64,000 nt of DNA from Tubiluchus corallicola (taxonomy: Eukaryota; Animalia; Priapulida), in contig JAQGDQ010000268.1 of assembly GCA_030141605.1 (NCBI GenBank), positions 81,305-145,304 of the forward strand, in the 5' to 3' direction. The notes under the pieces are model-generated. The model ran no database searches, was not told the origin of the DNA, and saw nothing but the letters and a program-made list of their open reading frames with translations. Below are positions 62,487-64,000 of the stretch, piece by piece. The translations under genes were made by a program, and so were the position numbers. Position 1 is the stretch's first letter; each line of letters begins with the position of its first letter.

Positions 62487-63379
62487 CAAGGCTGGCAATA
62501 CAGTACATTGCGGTATGGTACGAAATTACGTTATTTTTCGTACCTTTTCTGTACCATTTTACTCAGCTTCATGTAACGTTTTCATTAGTCAGCAACTCAG
62601 TAAGACGACTTGTTTTGCCTCATGGGTGGGGACTTGTTGTTCTCTCCTAGTTAACACAGAGCACATCTCTCCTAATTAACACAGAGCACACAAACAAAAT
62701 TGCTAGATTAGTTAGTTTGCAGCGAGTTGTTTAGAAGTGCCAGTTGTCATTTCTGGTAAATTACCCTGCCTTTATTGTTGTACCTATACAAACTGGGTAT
62801 ATTGCTTACCATGTTTGACACCTATTCATGTAACACTGCTGCTCTAACTTCTAGTTCTGAGAATTGTTTAGGAATGTACCATACACAGTTAGAAATGGCA
62901 TTGTAAAAACAGCGTCCTTTTTCCTGTGAAGGTTTTGCCTTCATACCTTCATTGGTGTTTGTTTCAAAAAATCTGAATGGCTTGAATGCAACATCTGAGT
63001 TACAGGTTTGCTTTGCCAATGAAAGAAATTTGAGACCTACCGACCTAACATGTAAAATTGCATAGCCTGCGTGGTATAGATAGAAGTGTTTTAGGCAAGA
63101 CGTAAATAGATGTAAACAGTATGGAAGTTCGAATATTAGTTCTGTTTTAAAGTATGCATAATTTCATAATAATAATTGATAAACTTATCGTTTTTACAAT
63201 TAACTTTTATGCGACTCTTCATCTTTTTATAGTACAGCTCACATGCACTTGATATGAAATTTGGTACCGAATTACAGTACGATACTTTTGTACTAGTATG
63301 ATTCAATTTTGTAGGTATGGTATTTTTTAAAGGTACGAAGTATGGCACTTTTTCGTACCGAACCGTACTGCCAGCCTTG
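62487..63379. mobile_element. hAT-like non-autonomous element with internal coding remnant
   Basis: TIR CAAGGCTGGCA / TGCCAGCCTTG, subterminal GGTACG/CGTACC repeats, weak 8-bp TSD TTCAAGGG / CTCAGGAG. Confidence 0.75.
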
Positions 63380-64000
63380 CTCAGGAGGCACTGAGTTCAT
63401 TGTTTAGTGTGACGTGTCCCGACTACCATGCTTTCCCTAGGGAAGACAAAGCTTTGCAACAACAGTAGTGATAACTTGCAAAAAGTTTGGGCCTCTGATG
63501 GAGGAAAGAATTGTGCAAGCTGAATTTCATCAGTATTACCACACAAAGCTGTCATTTAAGCATGTCATGCACGTGTTACGCATTTCCGCTCACTCACGTT
63601 CACTACCAATCATAGGGGATGACCGATAGGCTAAAGAGGGCTTAGCTGGCAATTACGTGTGAGCTCAATGGCGGATCAATTAGGCGCACTACTACACAAT
63701 CATCTATTTTACCTAATTATAAAAATAATTATTCAGCAATGCTTCAGAATACTCAGCTATAGAGCCTGTATTATTTCGCTGAAGGATGTATACAGGGTAG
63801 AAAACTTCCTGTTGTGTAACAACCTGCGAAGATGTACATTAGTTTTTGTCACCTGATAGAAGCAGGCACAAAGAAGTGTGCGAGTGACTGAGAATGAAAA
63901 TTATAGTTATACTCAAATGTTTAAAGGAAACAAAATTATGCTGAGTTTTAGAAATGTTTTTTCTAAATTATTACTTACAAAGTTTCGAAGTTGCTTTCAT

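Overview
AT-rich, intron-containing animal DNA, most likely a marine invertebrate (lophotrochozoan-like, inferred from protein motifs and repeat types); nothing looks prokaryotic. I could reconstruct two convergent spliced genes by hand. (1) A complete 13-coding-exon SLC6 Na+/Cl- dependent transporter of the GABA/taurine/creatine group (+ strand, 24581-40913, 615 aa). (2) A CDYL-family crotonase-fold gene (- strand, 8 coding exons, 58497-47161, about 1236 aa) with a very long low-complexity N-terminus and no chromodomain visible in the window. The first ~23 kb has no recognisable host gene. It and the introns are filled with hAT-, Tigger/pogo- and unclassified MITEs, a foldback-like element, LINE remnants, tRNA-derived SINEs, an RTE-derived short retroelement and long microsatellites. 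Most short ORFs in the supplied track are repeat or antisense artefacts. I see no demonstrable novel multi-gene system. The best leads are the atypical CDYL architecture, the SLC6 substrate-site residue combination, the bipartite RTE element, an OTU-like remnant inside a hAT element, and the foldback element.
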